A stretch of 64,000 nucleotides of DNA from Clostridiales bacterium UBA1234. GTDB lineage: Bacteria; Bacillota; Clostridia; TANB77; UBA1234. This document shows positions 1 to 8,985 of the stretch, in pieces; the stretch's first letter is position 1, and each line of letters starts with the position of its first letter. Under the pieces are notes generated by a model. That model was not told the DNA's origin and did not search any database. It worked only from the letters and a program-made list of their open reading frames with translations. Both the position numbers and the translations under genes were made by a program. The stretch is from positions 28,592 to 92,591 of the forward strand of contig DBWQ01000005.1 in assembly GCA_002308995.1 (NCBI GenBank), given 5' to 3'.

Positions 1-1792
1 TTGGTTCTGCAGGTTCTTCAATTGGTTGTTCTTCTTCCTGCCCTGTTGGTTGCTCTGTTTTCTTTTCAACCAATTTTAATGTGATTACTTTTGAAAATAT
101 TGTTTCATCGTTAACTGCGAGAATACATCTGTATTCTTTTCCATCATATGAACTATCTGCATTCTTGATTGTATATTCACTATTTGTAGCACCTTCTATT
201 TTTTTAAATCCAAATATTTGCTTTACTCCACTACCACTTGCTACATAATGACACCATTGATAGCTATCAGCGCCTGTTGCTTTTACATATAGTTTAACAT
301 CTTCGCCACTTAAATACTCCAATGTTTCAGGTGATTGTTCCGTTATTTGTATTTTGTCAGTATATTCTGTTGTATGTTTCCAAATGAATACTCTTTCGTT
401 TTCTTCCATACTAGAGATCTTAAAGAATTCATCTTCTACTTTACCATCCAGCCATGCGTTGACTGAACTATTCCAGGAGTAACCATCATTTAATTTGATA
501 TATACGGATAATTCAATGTTATCTCCAGCGGTTGTATCTGATTCCATAACTTTCCCATTAATTTTGATTTGTTGTTTGGTGATTGTGCCAGGGAAATCAC
601 TCTTTAATACTGCCTTTGGATTTGATTGAGTATACTCTTGTCCATTGGTAAGCCACGTAAAGTTTTCAAATTTAACTTCGCTTACCGTATTTGCTTTTGT
701 ACCTCCTGTCGTAAAACTGATATCACTGATCACTTTATTGTTATTTGCTTGCATTTTATTGAATGTTGCCGTCTTTCCGTTTACAGTCACTTCAACATCA
801 GGATAGTACTCACAAAAGTCTGATAGCTTAACTAAAAACTGTGGTATATATTCAGTTGATGCTTGATAAGTCTCATTATCAGCCATGTAAGTGCCTTTTC
901 CTTTTTCCATCCAACCAGCAATTTCTACTCCAACACCCGATTGTTCTACACTAACTGTTTTTGACGGAGTTTTTCCTGCTTCTGGTTCAACAACCGTTAA
1001 GTCAAGACGATCAATTCCTACCATATTAACAAAAAAATGTTGTTCATCGCTAGGATAAATTGTTGCTATCGATTGATTTGTCTTGATAACACTATCTGAC
1101 ATATCAGTAGCATATGCTTTTCCTTTACCTTTGTTTTCAGTAGAAACTGATAGTTTTCCCACACCATCATCACTTCCAGATAGTACCGCAATTCCTTTAA
1201 TTCCATAAAAATCATCATAAGACGATGCTTTCCAATCAACCATTACAGTTGCATCTTTTGCGATTGTGCACTTTTCAATCATTCGATGAGCTTGGTTGAT
1301 ACCAGCAAAAGTTTTACCATTATCAATGCAGCTGATATTAAAATGACCATTATAGAACCCTAATAAACCTGAACAATAGATTCCACAACTTCCTACATCA
1401 ATATCTAATGTGCTTGCCGCACTTGTTCCTGCACCTTGCAAGATTAGTCCTGTATTACAATTTATCCCGTATAAACCATCTGTAATTTTACTATCCGTAG
1501 TGATAAGTATTCTCACCTGACTTACATTATCATACGCTCTAATGGTTATGCCTGAACCATCATAATTGTTTAAATTGATGGTTTCGTTGATAACAGTCCA
1601 TCCTTTTCCTCGCATTTCTTTAGTACAATTATTAATTTGATATCCATTAATACGAAGTGATTCAAAAACAGTGGATGCTTCACCCGTAAATGTAATCTCA
1701 GACAAATCCTTATCTGCAAATACAGTTGAAGAAATGCACATTATTGAGATAACAATTATAAGCATACTAAAAATTTTTAACTTACATTTCAT
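1..1792 (-). CDS. Secreted surface protein, N-terminal ~597 codons (3' end lies beyond window start)
   Basis: ATG at 1790-1792 with GGGGAG about 10 nt upstream. The N-terminus MKCKLKIFSMLIIVISIMCISSTVFA looks like a signal peptide. My hand translation stays open to position 1, so there is no stop in the window, which explains its absence from the ORF track. The distal part has an Ig-like module (GEDVKLYVKATGADSYQWCHY...GKEYRCIL). Confidence 0.6.
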   Translation of the reverse strand, partial: MKCKLKIFSMLIIVISIMCISSTVFADKDLSEITFTGEASTVFESLRINGYQINNCTKEMRGKGWTVINETINLNNYDGSGITIRAYDNVSQVRILITTDSKITDGLYGINCNTGLILQGAGTSAASTLDIDVGSCGIYCSGLLGFYNGHFNISCIDNGKTFAGINQAHRMIEKCTIAKDATVMVDWKASSYDDFYGIKGIAVLSGSDDGVGKLSVSTENKGKGKAYATDMSDSVIKTNQSIATIYPSDEQHFFVNMVGIDRLDLTVVEPEAGKTPSKTVSVEQSGVGVEIAGWMEKGKGTYMADNETYQASTEYIPQFLVKLSDFCEYYPDVEVTVNGKTATFNKMQANNNKVISDISFTTGGTKANTVSEVKFENFTWLTNGQEYTQSNPKAVLKSDFPGTITKQQIKINGKVMESDTTAGDNIELSVYIKLNDGYSWNSSVNAWLDGKVEDEFFKISSMEENERVFIWKHTTEYTDKIQITEQSPETLEYLSGEDVKLYVKATGADSYQWCHYVASGSGVKQIFGFKKIEGATNSEYTIKNADSSYDGKEYRCILAVNDETIFSKVITLKLVEKKTEQPTGQEEEQPIEEPAEP

Positions 1793-2052
1793 AAAAAAAC
1801 ATCTCCCCTTAATAAAATTTTTCTCTTAAGAGGAGTCGCATATGCTTTATCATTGGTATTTTCTCTAATCCCCTTAAAATAAGCACTTTCCTATCGTTTC
1901 TATCATATCAAATGATGAATGTATTTTCAACAATCAATTTAAATAAAAATGCCTATTTCGTAATGATTTTTTTGAGAAATTAATGCATATTTCATTTTAG
2001 TTAAACATAGTATGAATTAGCCAAAACTTTTTACCATTGAAAGGATTTGAAA

Positions 2053-2319
2053 ATGAAATCTCTTTTTGTATTAGTGCAAGATGAACCCTTCATTTTGCAT
2101 GTAGAAAACCAACATGACATCCAGATGAACTGGTACCACTCGCTCGAAAACAAAGAGTTTCATGTGATGTACTATCGGTTTGGAAAAGTGGAATTTGTAA
2201 AAGTGCTAAGAGATGCCATATTTTCTCCTTCTTCGCTTTCTAGTTGCAAAGTGATTCCCAAATGTCAAGCACCGAAAATTGTGCAAGAAACTTTTCTAGA
2301 AAAAGAATGGATGCATTAG
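2053..2319 (+). CDS. Hypothetical small protein (88 aa)
   Basis: AAAGGA RBS 7 nt before the ATG at 2053 (the track ORF starts at TTG 2047). No recognisable motif. The 3' end overlaps the repeat region. Confidence 0.3.
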   Translation: MKSLFVLVQDEPFILHVENQHDIQMNWYHSLENKEFHVMYYRFGKVEFVKVLRDAIFSPSSLSSCKVIPKCQAPKIVQETFLEKEWMH

Positions 2320-2394
2320 TAAGGTATAACAAAAATGTGACAAGAATGAACTCCTTGTCACATTTTTTATTTTTCTATCAAGCACCAAAAGGTC

Positions 2395-2444
2395 TGTCCC
2401 TTTATGTGCGAAATCGCTCAAAAATGGTTGTCCCTTTATGTGCG
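2395..2444. repeat. Tandem pair of 16-nt units TGTCCCTTTATGTGCG separated by AAATCGCTCAAAAATGGT
   Basis: The unit is read directly at 2395-2410 and 2429-2444. The same 50-bp architecture recurs at 3642-3690, with single units at 3032-3047 and about 7833-7849. Confidence 0.8.
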
Positions 2445-2969
2445 CTTGCGATTCAAAACAAGATAAATCACGATATAGATAAGTGAAATTGGTAATACTG
2501 GAACAAGCGAAAAAGCAATCAGATTCCATAATAGAGCTTCTCTTATTGCTTCAAGTCCATATACTCGATGCATATTAATGATTCCTGTATTATACCCCCA
2601 GAAGAAACAGCCAATTGCATATGCAAAATAAATCATCCAACATATGATAGATATTACAAAAATAATTTTTCCTAATCTTATTTTTTTCTTGTTAGTATCT
2701 TTTTCTTGTTTTTCTCTATTTTTACTGAGCAAATAATAAATTTGATATCCAATCAAAAGAGCAAAACAGATTGCTTTTTGCCAAAGAAAATCAATTCCAA
2801 ATAACACGTCTCCAAGCAAAAAATCTCCCATAGCTTCCAAACCATAATCTGTGCTATTAATATAGTCAAAATGATATCCAAAGATTGCAAAATAGATTCC
2901 AATCAAAATGATTATAACATACGGAATTAGTGAAACAATGAACAATACTTTTTTGGTTTTAGGTTTCAT
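2436..2969 (-). CDS. Polytopic membrane protein, unknown function
   Basis: 177-aa ORF with 5-6 hydrophobic helices. Its stop codon (CGC ACA TAA) lies inside the repeat unit. Confidence 0.5.
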   Translation of the reverse strand: MKPKTKKVLFIVSLIPYVIIILIGIYFAIFGYHFDYINSTDYGLEAMGDFLLGDVLFGIDFLWQKAICFALLIGYQIYYLLSKNREKQEKDTNKKKIRLGKIIFVISIICWMIYFAYAIGCFFWGYNTGIINMHRVYGLEAIREALLWNLIAFSLVPVLPISLIYIVIYLVLNRKRT

Positions 2970-3036
2970 AAATTCTCCTTTTCCTTCATTATGAATGATA
3001 GCATAAGCTACCTTAATTGCACGAAAATGGTTGTCC

Positions 3037-3603
3037 TTACATGTGCGCTAAACTATCGGTAATCTCATCTTCCTTATTTTGCATTGCTTCCAATGTTTGC
3101 TGAAGTAATTCATCAAGCTCCCAGCCAAGCATCTCAGCACCTTTCGCAATAATATCTCGTGAACATCCTGCTGCAAACTTTTTATCTTTATATTTTTTCT
3201 TTAAGCTAGATAACTCCATGTCTTTGGTGCTACCAGATGGCCTCATCTTGGCAGCTGCCCAAATTAAACCTGTTAGTTCATCGGTTGCAAATAAGATTTT
3301 TTCCATTTGCTTTTCTGGAACCACATCACAGCAGATTCCATAGCCATGGCTACAGATAGCATGAATCATTTCATCATTGCAACCAATTTCTTTTAATAAT
3401 TCTGGCGCCTTTTGGCAATGCTCTTCTGGATACTTTTCAAAATCCACATCATGAAGAAGTCCCACTAATCCCCAAAAATTTTCATCTTCACCATATTTGT
3501 TTGCAAAATATTTCATCACTTGTTCTACGGTGTAGGCATGCCTTATATGGAATTCTTCTTCATTATATTTTTTTAATAAATGAACTGCTTCTTCACGTGT
3601 CAT
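3037..3603 (-). CDS. HD-domain phosphohydrolase
   Basis: Contains LLHDVDFEKYPEEHC and HAICSHGYG motifs. AAGGAGGAAATCAAA-ATG supports a start at 3603 (MTREEAV) rather than the track start at 3630. The stop lies inside repeat unit 3032-3047. Confidence 0.7.
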   Translation of the reverse strand: MTREEAVHLLKKYNEEEFHIRHAYTVEQVMKYFANKYGEDENFWGLVGLLHDVDFEKYPEEHCQKAPELLKEIGCNDEMIHAICSHGYGICCDVVPEKQMEKILFATDELTGLIWAAAKMRPSGSTKDMELSSLKKKYKDKKFAAGCSRDIIAKGAEMLGWELDELLQQTLEAMQNKEDEITDSLAHM

Positions 3604-3641
3604 TTTGATTTCCTCCTTTTTACTCAACACACTGAAACATC

Positions 3642-3690
3642 TGTCCCTAAATGTGCGAAATCGCTCAAAAATGGTTGTCCCTAAATGTGT
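3642..3690. repeat. Second copy of the 50-bp double-unit repeat (TGTCCCTAAATGTGCG-AAATCGCTCAAAAATGGT-TGTCCCTAAATGTGT)
   Basis: Direct reading. It differs from the 2395-2444 copy mainly by TT to AA in both units. Confidence 0.8.
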
Positions 3691-3698
3691 AAAAACGG

Positions 3699-3854
3699 TT
3701 AAGGTGTTATTTCTCCTGAATACTTGCTCTCCATCATCTTTAGAGCATCATCTACTGTGGATGATGCACGAGAATCAATAACCATATTGACAACAGCCGT
3801 GCCTATTAATCCTATTGCAACGATAATCAATAAAATAATAAAAAACTTTTTCAT
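3699..3854 (-). CDS. Small membrane protein (51 aa), below the ORF-track length cutoff
   Basis: GAAGGAGGTGAAAAG-ATG. Translation is MKKFFIILLIIVAIGLIGTAVVNMVIDSRASSTVDDALKMMESKYSGEITP*. It lies 36 nt downstream of the flippase stop. Confidence 0.4.
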   Translation of the reverse strand: MKKFFIILLIIVAIGLIGTAVVNMVIDSRASSTVDDALKMMESKYSGEITP

Positions 3855-3890
3855 CTTTTCACCTCCTTCAACGCTTTCTTTTTCCTATGT

Positions 3891-5546
3891 TCAAATGTGT
3901 AATTTCCTTCCTATTTTCTCTAAAAACTCTTTTCCAAATACTTCTTCTAACAAGTGATTCTTATATGTATAAACAAGATAGATTCCTGTACCGATGCATC
4001 CGTTAATTCCCAAATAAATTAATGCGGTTATTTTTCTATATTCTTCTATGTAGATGATTTTTCTTACAATCATATTGAATACTACGATAGCGCATAGTGG
4101 CACAACCGTTTTCTTTAATACTTTTAAGGTGTTTCCAAACTTAAAGTTCATCGTTCTACGTAAATAAACAAGTACTATCGCAGTGGAAACCATGTAACCT
4201 ATAATAGTGGCAAGAATTGTTCCAATATAGGCCGGTAGACCTAGTGAATATAATAAACGAATCATAGGAATATCAATCAAAGCATTGATTACTAATCCAC
4301 AAATCGAGTTTAAATACACAATTTTAAACTTTTTCAAACTTTGTAATACACTATTTAGCACACTCCATATACCAAAGAAAATATGTGAAATCGCAGAAAA
4401 GCTTAAAATAAGAGTTCCATATTGACTTGCCCCATAAAAGATAAAATACGATTCTCTTGATAGCATGAATAATAACACTGCCATTGGAATAGCTACTACC
4501 AACATGGTTGAAAGCGCTTGATTAATTCTATGGTTTACTCCCTCATAATCTTTTTTGGTGTAGCATTCTGTTACATTTGGAATGATGCTTGTAATTAATG
4601 CTGTAGAAATGGCAATGATAAGTGTACAAATCTTTGGAGCCCATGTTGCGATGATACTTGAAATGACTTTGCTTTCATCACCCACAAACCCGACGCCATT
4701 TAATCCTTTCACAATCAAATGAATGTCTACTAATGTATAGATATCGTTAATAATTGAGATTAATACGATTGGCAAACAGTATAAAGCAATTTTCTTTAAA
4801 ATGGTTTGATTGGATACATCATCTTTTTTGGTTGGCTTTTCAAAGGCATCTTGGTTCTTTTTCACTTTTAGTTTAAGATAAAGAAAGGCAACTAACCCAC
4901 CAAAAAATGCACCTGATAGAGCAAACGATACACCAGTTGTTACGGATAGTTTTAATAATCGAATGGAGATATAAGATCCAACTAGAACAACGATAATTCG
5001 AACTACTTGTTCAATCACTTGTGAAAATGAGGTAATGGTGATGAATTTGTGGCCCTGAAGATATCCTCTTAAAACACTTAAAAAAGGAATAATCAGTAAG
5101 CAAAAAGAAGTTACTTTAATCACCAAAGATACATTGGATACAGAAATAATAGAGGTATCTATTGCTACATTTTCTTCTGCATCTCTTGCCAGTAAATACC
5201 TTGCAAGCAGTGGTGAGCCAAAGAACACAAGCAAAAACGAAACAATTGCTAGCACTGCAACCAATATGGTTCCTATTTTTTGAGCTCGTTGTTTTGCCTC
5301 ATATTTTTCAAGTGTTAAATACTCCGCAATAATCATACTCATTGCCACAGGAATACCTGCCGTGGAAATATTTAAGAATAGGATATAAATATTATAAGCA
5401 TAGCTATAAAGCGTTCCTCCATCTTCTCCTATAATTTGATAAAAGGGAATCACATAAAGTGCTCCCATGATTTTGATCAGTATTAAAAAGATTGAGGTAA
5501 CAAGTGTCCCTTGTATGAAACTATTCTTCGTTAATTTTTTACTCAT
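3891..5546 (-). CDS. MOP-superfamily polysaccharide/lipid II flippase (MurJ/SpoVB/YtgP-like)
   Basis: 551 aa with about 14 TM helices. The N-terminus (GTLVTSIFLILIKIMGALYVIPFYQIIG) is typical of the family. A 4-nt overlap with the upstream ATP-grasp gene suggests an operon. Confidence 0.7.
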   Translation of the reverse strand: MSKKLTKNSFIQGTLVTSIFLILIKIMGALYVIPFYQIIGEDGGTLYSYAYNIYILFLNISTAGIPVAMSMIIAEYLTLEKYEAKQRAQKIGTILVAVLAIVSFLLVFFGSPLLARYLLARDAEENVAIDTSIISVSNVSLVIKVTSFCLLIIPFLSVLRGYLQGHKFITITSFSQVIEQVVRIIVVLVGSYISIRLLKLSVTTGVSFALSGAFFGGLVAFLYLKLKVKKNQDAFEKPTKKDDVSNQTILKKIALYCLPIVLISIINDIYTLVDIHLIVKGLNGVGFVGDESKVISSIIATWAPKICTLIIAISTALITSIIPNVTECYTKKDYEGVNHRINQALSTMLVVAIPMAVLLFMLSRESYFIFYGASQYGTLILSFSAISHIFFGIWSVLNSVLQSLKKFKIVYLNSICGLVINALIDIPMIRLLYSLGLPAYIGTILATIIGYMVSTAIVLVYLRRTMNFKFGNTLKVLKKTVVPLCAIVVFNMIVRKIIYIEEYRKITALIYLGINGCIGTGIYLVYTYKNHLLEEVFGKEFLEKIGRKLHI

Positions 5547-6559
5547 AGTTTAATCTGCCTCATTTCATCTCCTAAAATATCGGAGATTTGTTTTAGATGA
5601 CCTACATGTTCATCATTAAATAAATAATACTGTACAAGCCCATAACTTGGATACTCATTTCCTTCCATAATCACTGGCCCGTTTTTGGTAATGGCAAAGT
5701 CCCAACCAACATAACGAATTTCTGGAACTTCTAATGCTGCTTTTAATGCCATGTCAAACGCTTCTTTCACGTAAGGAATCGTTACCGTATCAAATTTGAT
5801 TTTACGCATTGGATGCTCCGTATATACATTTGCCACATCATCAATGACTCTACTGCAAATTTTTCCTTCTTCATTTAAACGCATGTAAGCATCATTACAA
5901 CCAATCGCAATGGCATCATCGGTATTAATACGAAGAGCATTAGCAAGCATATAGGATTTACCATCTTTCACCAAAGTAACAATTCTAAATGAGTTAACCG
6001 CATATGGATTTATTTTATTTAGTTCATCATGTTGCACAATTTCTTCTTCTACCAAGTTTAATTTCTTGTCCTTTAACTCTTGATATAACTTTGCAATGTC
6101 ATGCTCTTTTACCTTAATTTTTTCAATACCGTGCCCGCCAAAATCCTTTGGAGGTTTTGCAAATACCGTTTCTTTATCACTGACAAATGCTTTAAAATCA
6201 TCTAGTGTTGAAACTCTTAAATCAATCCAACTTCTGCCGATGTATTTGTTAAAAATCTTATTAAACAATATTTTATCTGACATAGTGGCACGATACTTTG
6301 GATCATTTAAATAATTTAATAATTTATAAAAAGAGGTAGTCGTCACATACGTCTTTTTTTGTTCTTTCGTAAGATTAATATAATCGCCCTTTAGATAATC
6401 GGTATAGCCAATACCATAACGAGCAAAGTTATATAGCATATCCATTTTTACTTTGAAAGGAGATTTATTGTTTCTTTCGCCAATATCTTTGGCAAGTTTA
6501 TTTAGTTTATCAAAATTAATTTCTTTTATCTTTTTGTACATCATGCGAAACACTGACAT
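5543..6559 (-). CDS. ATP-grasp fold protein (sugar-transfer-associated / TupA-like)
   Basis: 338 aa. KPPKDFGGHGIEKI is a glycine-rich loop, and WDFAITKNGPVIMEGNEYP resembles the E-x-N Mg site of ATP-grasp enzymes. Confidence 0.55.
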   Translation of the reverse strand: MSVFRMMYKKIKEINFDKLNKLAKDIGERNNKSPFKVKMDMLYNFARYGIGYTDYLKGDYINLTKEQKKTYVTTTSFYKLLNYLNDPKYRATMSDKILFNKIFNKYIGRSWIDLRVSTLDDFKAFVSDKETVFAKPPKDFGGHGIEKIKVKEHDIAKLYQELKDKKLNLVEEEIVQHDELNKINPYAVNSFRIVTLVKDGKSYMLANALRINTDDAIAIGCNDAYMRLNEEGKICSRVIDDVANVYTEHPMRKIKFDTVTIPYVKEAFDMALKAALEVPEIRYVGWDFAITKNGPVIMEGNEYPSYGLVQYYLFNDEHVGHLKQISDILGDEMRQIKL

Positions 6560-6583
6560 GTGACAATCCTCCTACAATTCATT

Positions 6584-7735
6584 TTACGATATATATACTC
6601 TTTCTAATCCTTTTCCTATGCTTACCAATGTTTGTTGAATAGTTTCATGTTTTAAGCGACTCATATAGCCAAGTGTTAGGCTCTCCCCCATAATCACAAC
6701 TTCATCATAAAGTTCAACAGCATCGTCTACCTCCATAAAACTCATACACATGCATGCATTCCCTACAAAAGGATATTTTTTGGTTCCAATCAGTCCAAAA
6801 CGATTATGCATATCTGTTCCAATCCCATCATCATAACCGATTGGCAAAATGGCTATTCTCATATCTCGCTGCACTCTTTCTAAGCCGTAGCCAATGATAT
6901 CTCCTTTTTTAACACTACGAATTTCCATCACATTCGTTTTAACCGTCATCGCTGGTTTAAGCGGAAGATGATTACCACGAATCACGGGACTAATATGATC
7001 TTTTTTGATTAAAATAGTATCTCTTATTTTTAAGGCTTTTTCTTTAAGTGATGTGCCGTATTCTTCAAGAGAGACATCATATCCATATAGCATGGTTCCA
7101 ATTCTCACCGCATTTTCAAATGGAATTTTAGGATGCGCAACCATTGAAAAACTACTACTTAAATGCACCATTGGAATTTTAGACAAATCGATATCGGATG
7201 TGATGTCTTGAAATCTTTTAATTTGATTATCATATTCTTTATCATGAATCCCTGTTGTACCAAAATGGGTATAAATTCCTTCTAACTGAATATTCTCATG
7301 TGCCATGATATATTGATACATTTCAAAAAACTCTTCCTTGGTTTTTACGCCCATGCGATTCATGCCGGTATCTAATTTGATATGTACCTTACAATTTAAA
7401 CTACCGATTACTTTTAAATATGCTAAACTATCAACCGTTAATGTTACTTTATAATCAATAGCGGTGGGTACTAATCCTATATCAATTATCTCCGTACAAA
7501 GAATCGGAATAATTTGATAATCTTTTCGGATTTGAACCGCTTCATCTAAAGAAGAAACTGCCAAATAATTAATGCCAGCATCTGTTAATGTTTGCACAAT
7601 ACCATATCCATGTCCATAGGCATTTGCTTTTACCATACCAATATAGTATTGATAATTGTGATACTTTTGAAGAATCGTACTCACGTTATGATGTATATTT
7701 TTTAAATTTACTTCTACATATGTTTTTCGAAACAT
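6584..7735 (-). CDS. alr: Alanine racemase
   Basis: MVKANAYGHGYG is the PLP-lysine motif, and length and order are typical of Alr. GGAGGG sits 7 nt before the ATG at 7735 (MFRKTYVEV); the track start at 7765 has no RBS. Confidence 0.85.
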   Translation of the reverse strand: MFRKTYVEVNLKNIHHNVSTILQKYHNYQYYIGMVKANAYGHGYGIVQTLTDAGINYLAVSSLDEAVQIRKDYQIIPILCTEIIDIGLVPTAIDYKVTLTVDSLAYLKVIGSLNCKVHIKLDTGMNRMGVKTKEEFFEMYQYIMAHENIQLEGIYTHFGTTGIHDKEYDNQIKRFQDITSDIDLSKIPMVHLSSSFSMVAHPKIPFENAVRIGTMLYGYDVSLEEYGTSLKEKALKIRDTILIKKDHISPVIRGNHLPLKPAMTVKTNVMEIRSVKKGDIIGYGLERVQRDMRIAILPIGYDDGIGTDMHNRFGLIGTKKYPFVGNACMCMSFMEVDDAVELYDEVVIMGESLTLGYMSRLKHETIQQTLVSIGKGLERVYIS

Positions 7736-7837
7736 GAAAAATCCCTCCAACATATCGTAATCCACGACACCATTATAATGATAATGACGAATTTTGTAAA
7801 TATTTGTTTGACAATTTCCACACGAATAGGGTTTTCC

Positions 7838-8875
7838 CTAAATATGCGCAAGTATTTTTTGGAAAGCTGTTGGGAGTGCATATTTGCTTTCTAATTCTTC
7901 GGGAGATGCCCACAAAAAGCCTTCGCTTTCTTTTTCTACCAATACTTGGTAACCTTTCATGTACCAATCTATATGGGTAAAAACGTGCTTTACGTCTTTG
8001 ATGTACTTGATTTTAGTATCCTTTAAATTCCATTTTTGGATAACTTGCTTCATTTCTTTTTCTGTTAAAAAGCCTTCGACATTTGGCAATTGATACATCC
8101 CAGAAAGAAGTCCTTTATGCGTTCTTTTTTCTAATGCAATTTTTCCGTCTGGTGTTATCATGATAAACACTGTTTTTTCTTCTTGTTTGCGTTTGACCTT
8201 TTTGATACGAACTGGGATTTCTTCTGTCAAATCATGGGCATAGGCATAACAGCTTTGATGAATTGGGCAATTTTTGCAATCTGGCACACCACTTGGTATA
8301 CAGATTGTTTCTCCAAGTTCCATTAAGCCCTCATTAAAATCTCCTGACTCTTCTGGCATGATTTTGATAAGCATTTCCTCTACTTCTTTTTTGGTTTCTG
8401 GTAATAACACATCTTTTTTACTGCCGATGATACGTGAGATTACACGAAGCACATTGCCATCTACTGCTGTTACTTTTTCATTAAAACAGATGGATCCAAT
8501 TGCTCCTGCTGTATAATCACCAATTCCTGGAAGCTTTCTTCTTTCTGCAAAGTGCTCTGGCATATTTCCCTCATATTCTTCCATGATTTGAATGGCTGCC
8601 TTTTTTAAATTACGCGCACGACTATAGTATCCCAAACCTTCCCAAAGTTTTAATAAATCTTCCTCGTCAATTTGAGAAAGTGATTGGATATTAGGTAATA
8701 TGTTCATAAAGCGGGCATAATACTCTTTGACTGCTTCAATTCTAGTTTGTTGAAGCATGATTTCAGATATCCATACATGATATGGATTTTTATCTTTTCT
8801 CCATGGAAGCATACGTTTATTGTTTTGATACCATTTTAGTAATGGTTCGACAATTGGCTTTAATTCTTGTTTCAT
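7838..8875 (-). CDS. mutY: A/G-specific adenine DNA glycosylase
   Basis: LPWRKDKNPYHVWISEIMLQQTRIEAV is the HhH-GPD motif. A Cys cluster (CIPSGVPDCKNCPIHQSC) fits the Fe-S cluster, and the C-terminus is NUDIX-like. Confidence 0.85.
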   Translation of the reverse strand: MKQELKPIVEPLLKWYQNNKRMLPWRKDKNPYHVWISEIMLQQTRIEAVKEYYARFMNILPNIQSLSQIDEEDLLKLWEGLGYYSRARNLKKAAIQIMEEYEGNMPEHFAERRKLPGIGDYTAGAIGSICFNEKVTAVDGNVLRVISRIIGSKKDVLLPETKKEVEEMLIKIMPEESGDFNEGLMELGETICIPSGVPDCKNCPIHQSCYAYAHDLTEEIPVRIKKVKRKQEEKTVFIMITPDGKIALEKRTHKGLLSGMYQLPNVEGFLTEKEMKQVIQKWNLKDTKIKYIKDVKHVFTHIDWYMKGYQVLVEKESEGFLWASPEELESKYALPTAFQKILAHI

Positions 8876-8985
8876 TATTTCTCCTTCTTATGATGAGCAA
8901 TGCTCAACCGCTACGAGTAAGGGAGCGACGAGAGTGTCGCTCCCTATATTCATGATTGTTTCGCTACGAATCATTTCGTCAATAC

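Noticed and set aside
2244-2529. ORFs 2244-2486 (+) and 2296-2529 (-)
   Set aside because: They run through the 2395-2444 double repeat and overlap better-supported neighbours. They have no RBS or motif support.
3724-3957. 77-aa plus-strand ORF
   Set aside because: It is antisense to a minus-strand 51-aa ORF with a perfect GGAGGTG RBS and to the flippase 3' end. It has no RBS of its own.
8921-8946. GC-rich perfect 10-bp-stem hairpin (AGGGAGCGAC-gagagt-GTCGCTCCCT) between the A2M-like gene and mutY, as a terminator
   Set aside because: No U-run follows on either strand, so it is not a classical intrinsic terminator. It may be a processing or stability element or related to the GAGCGAC-containing repeats, but I cannot support a specific call.
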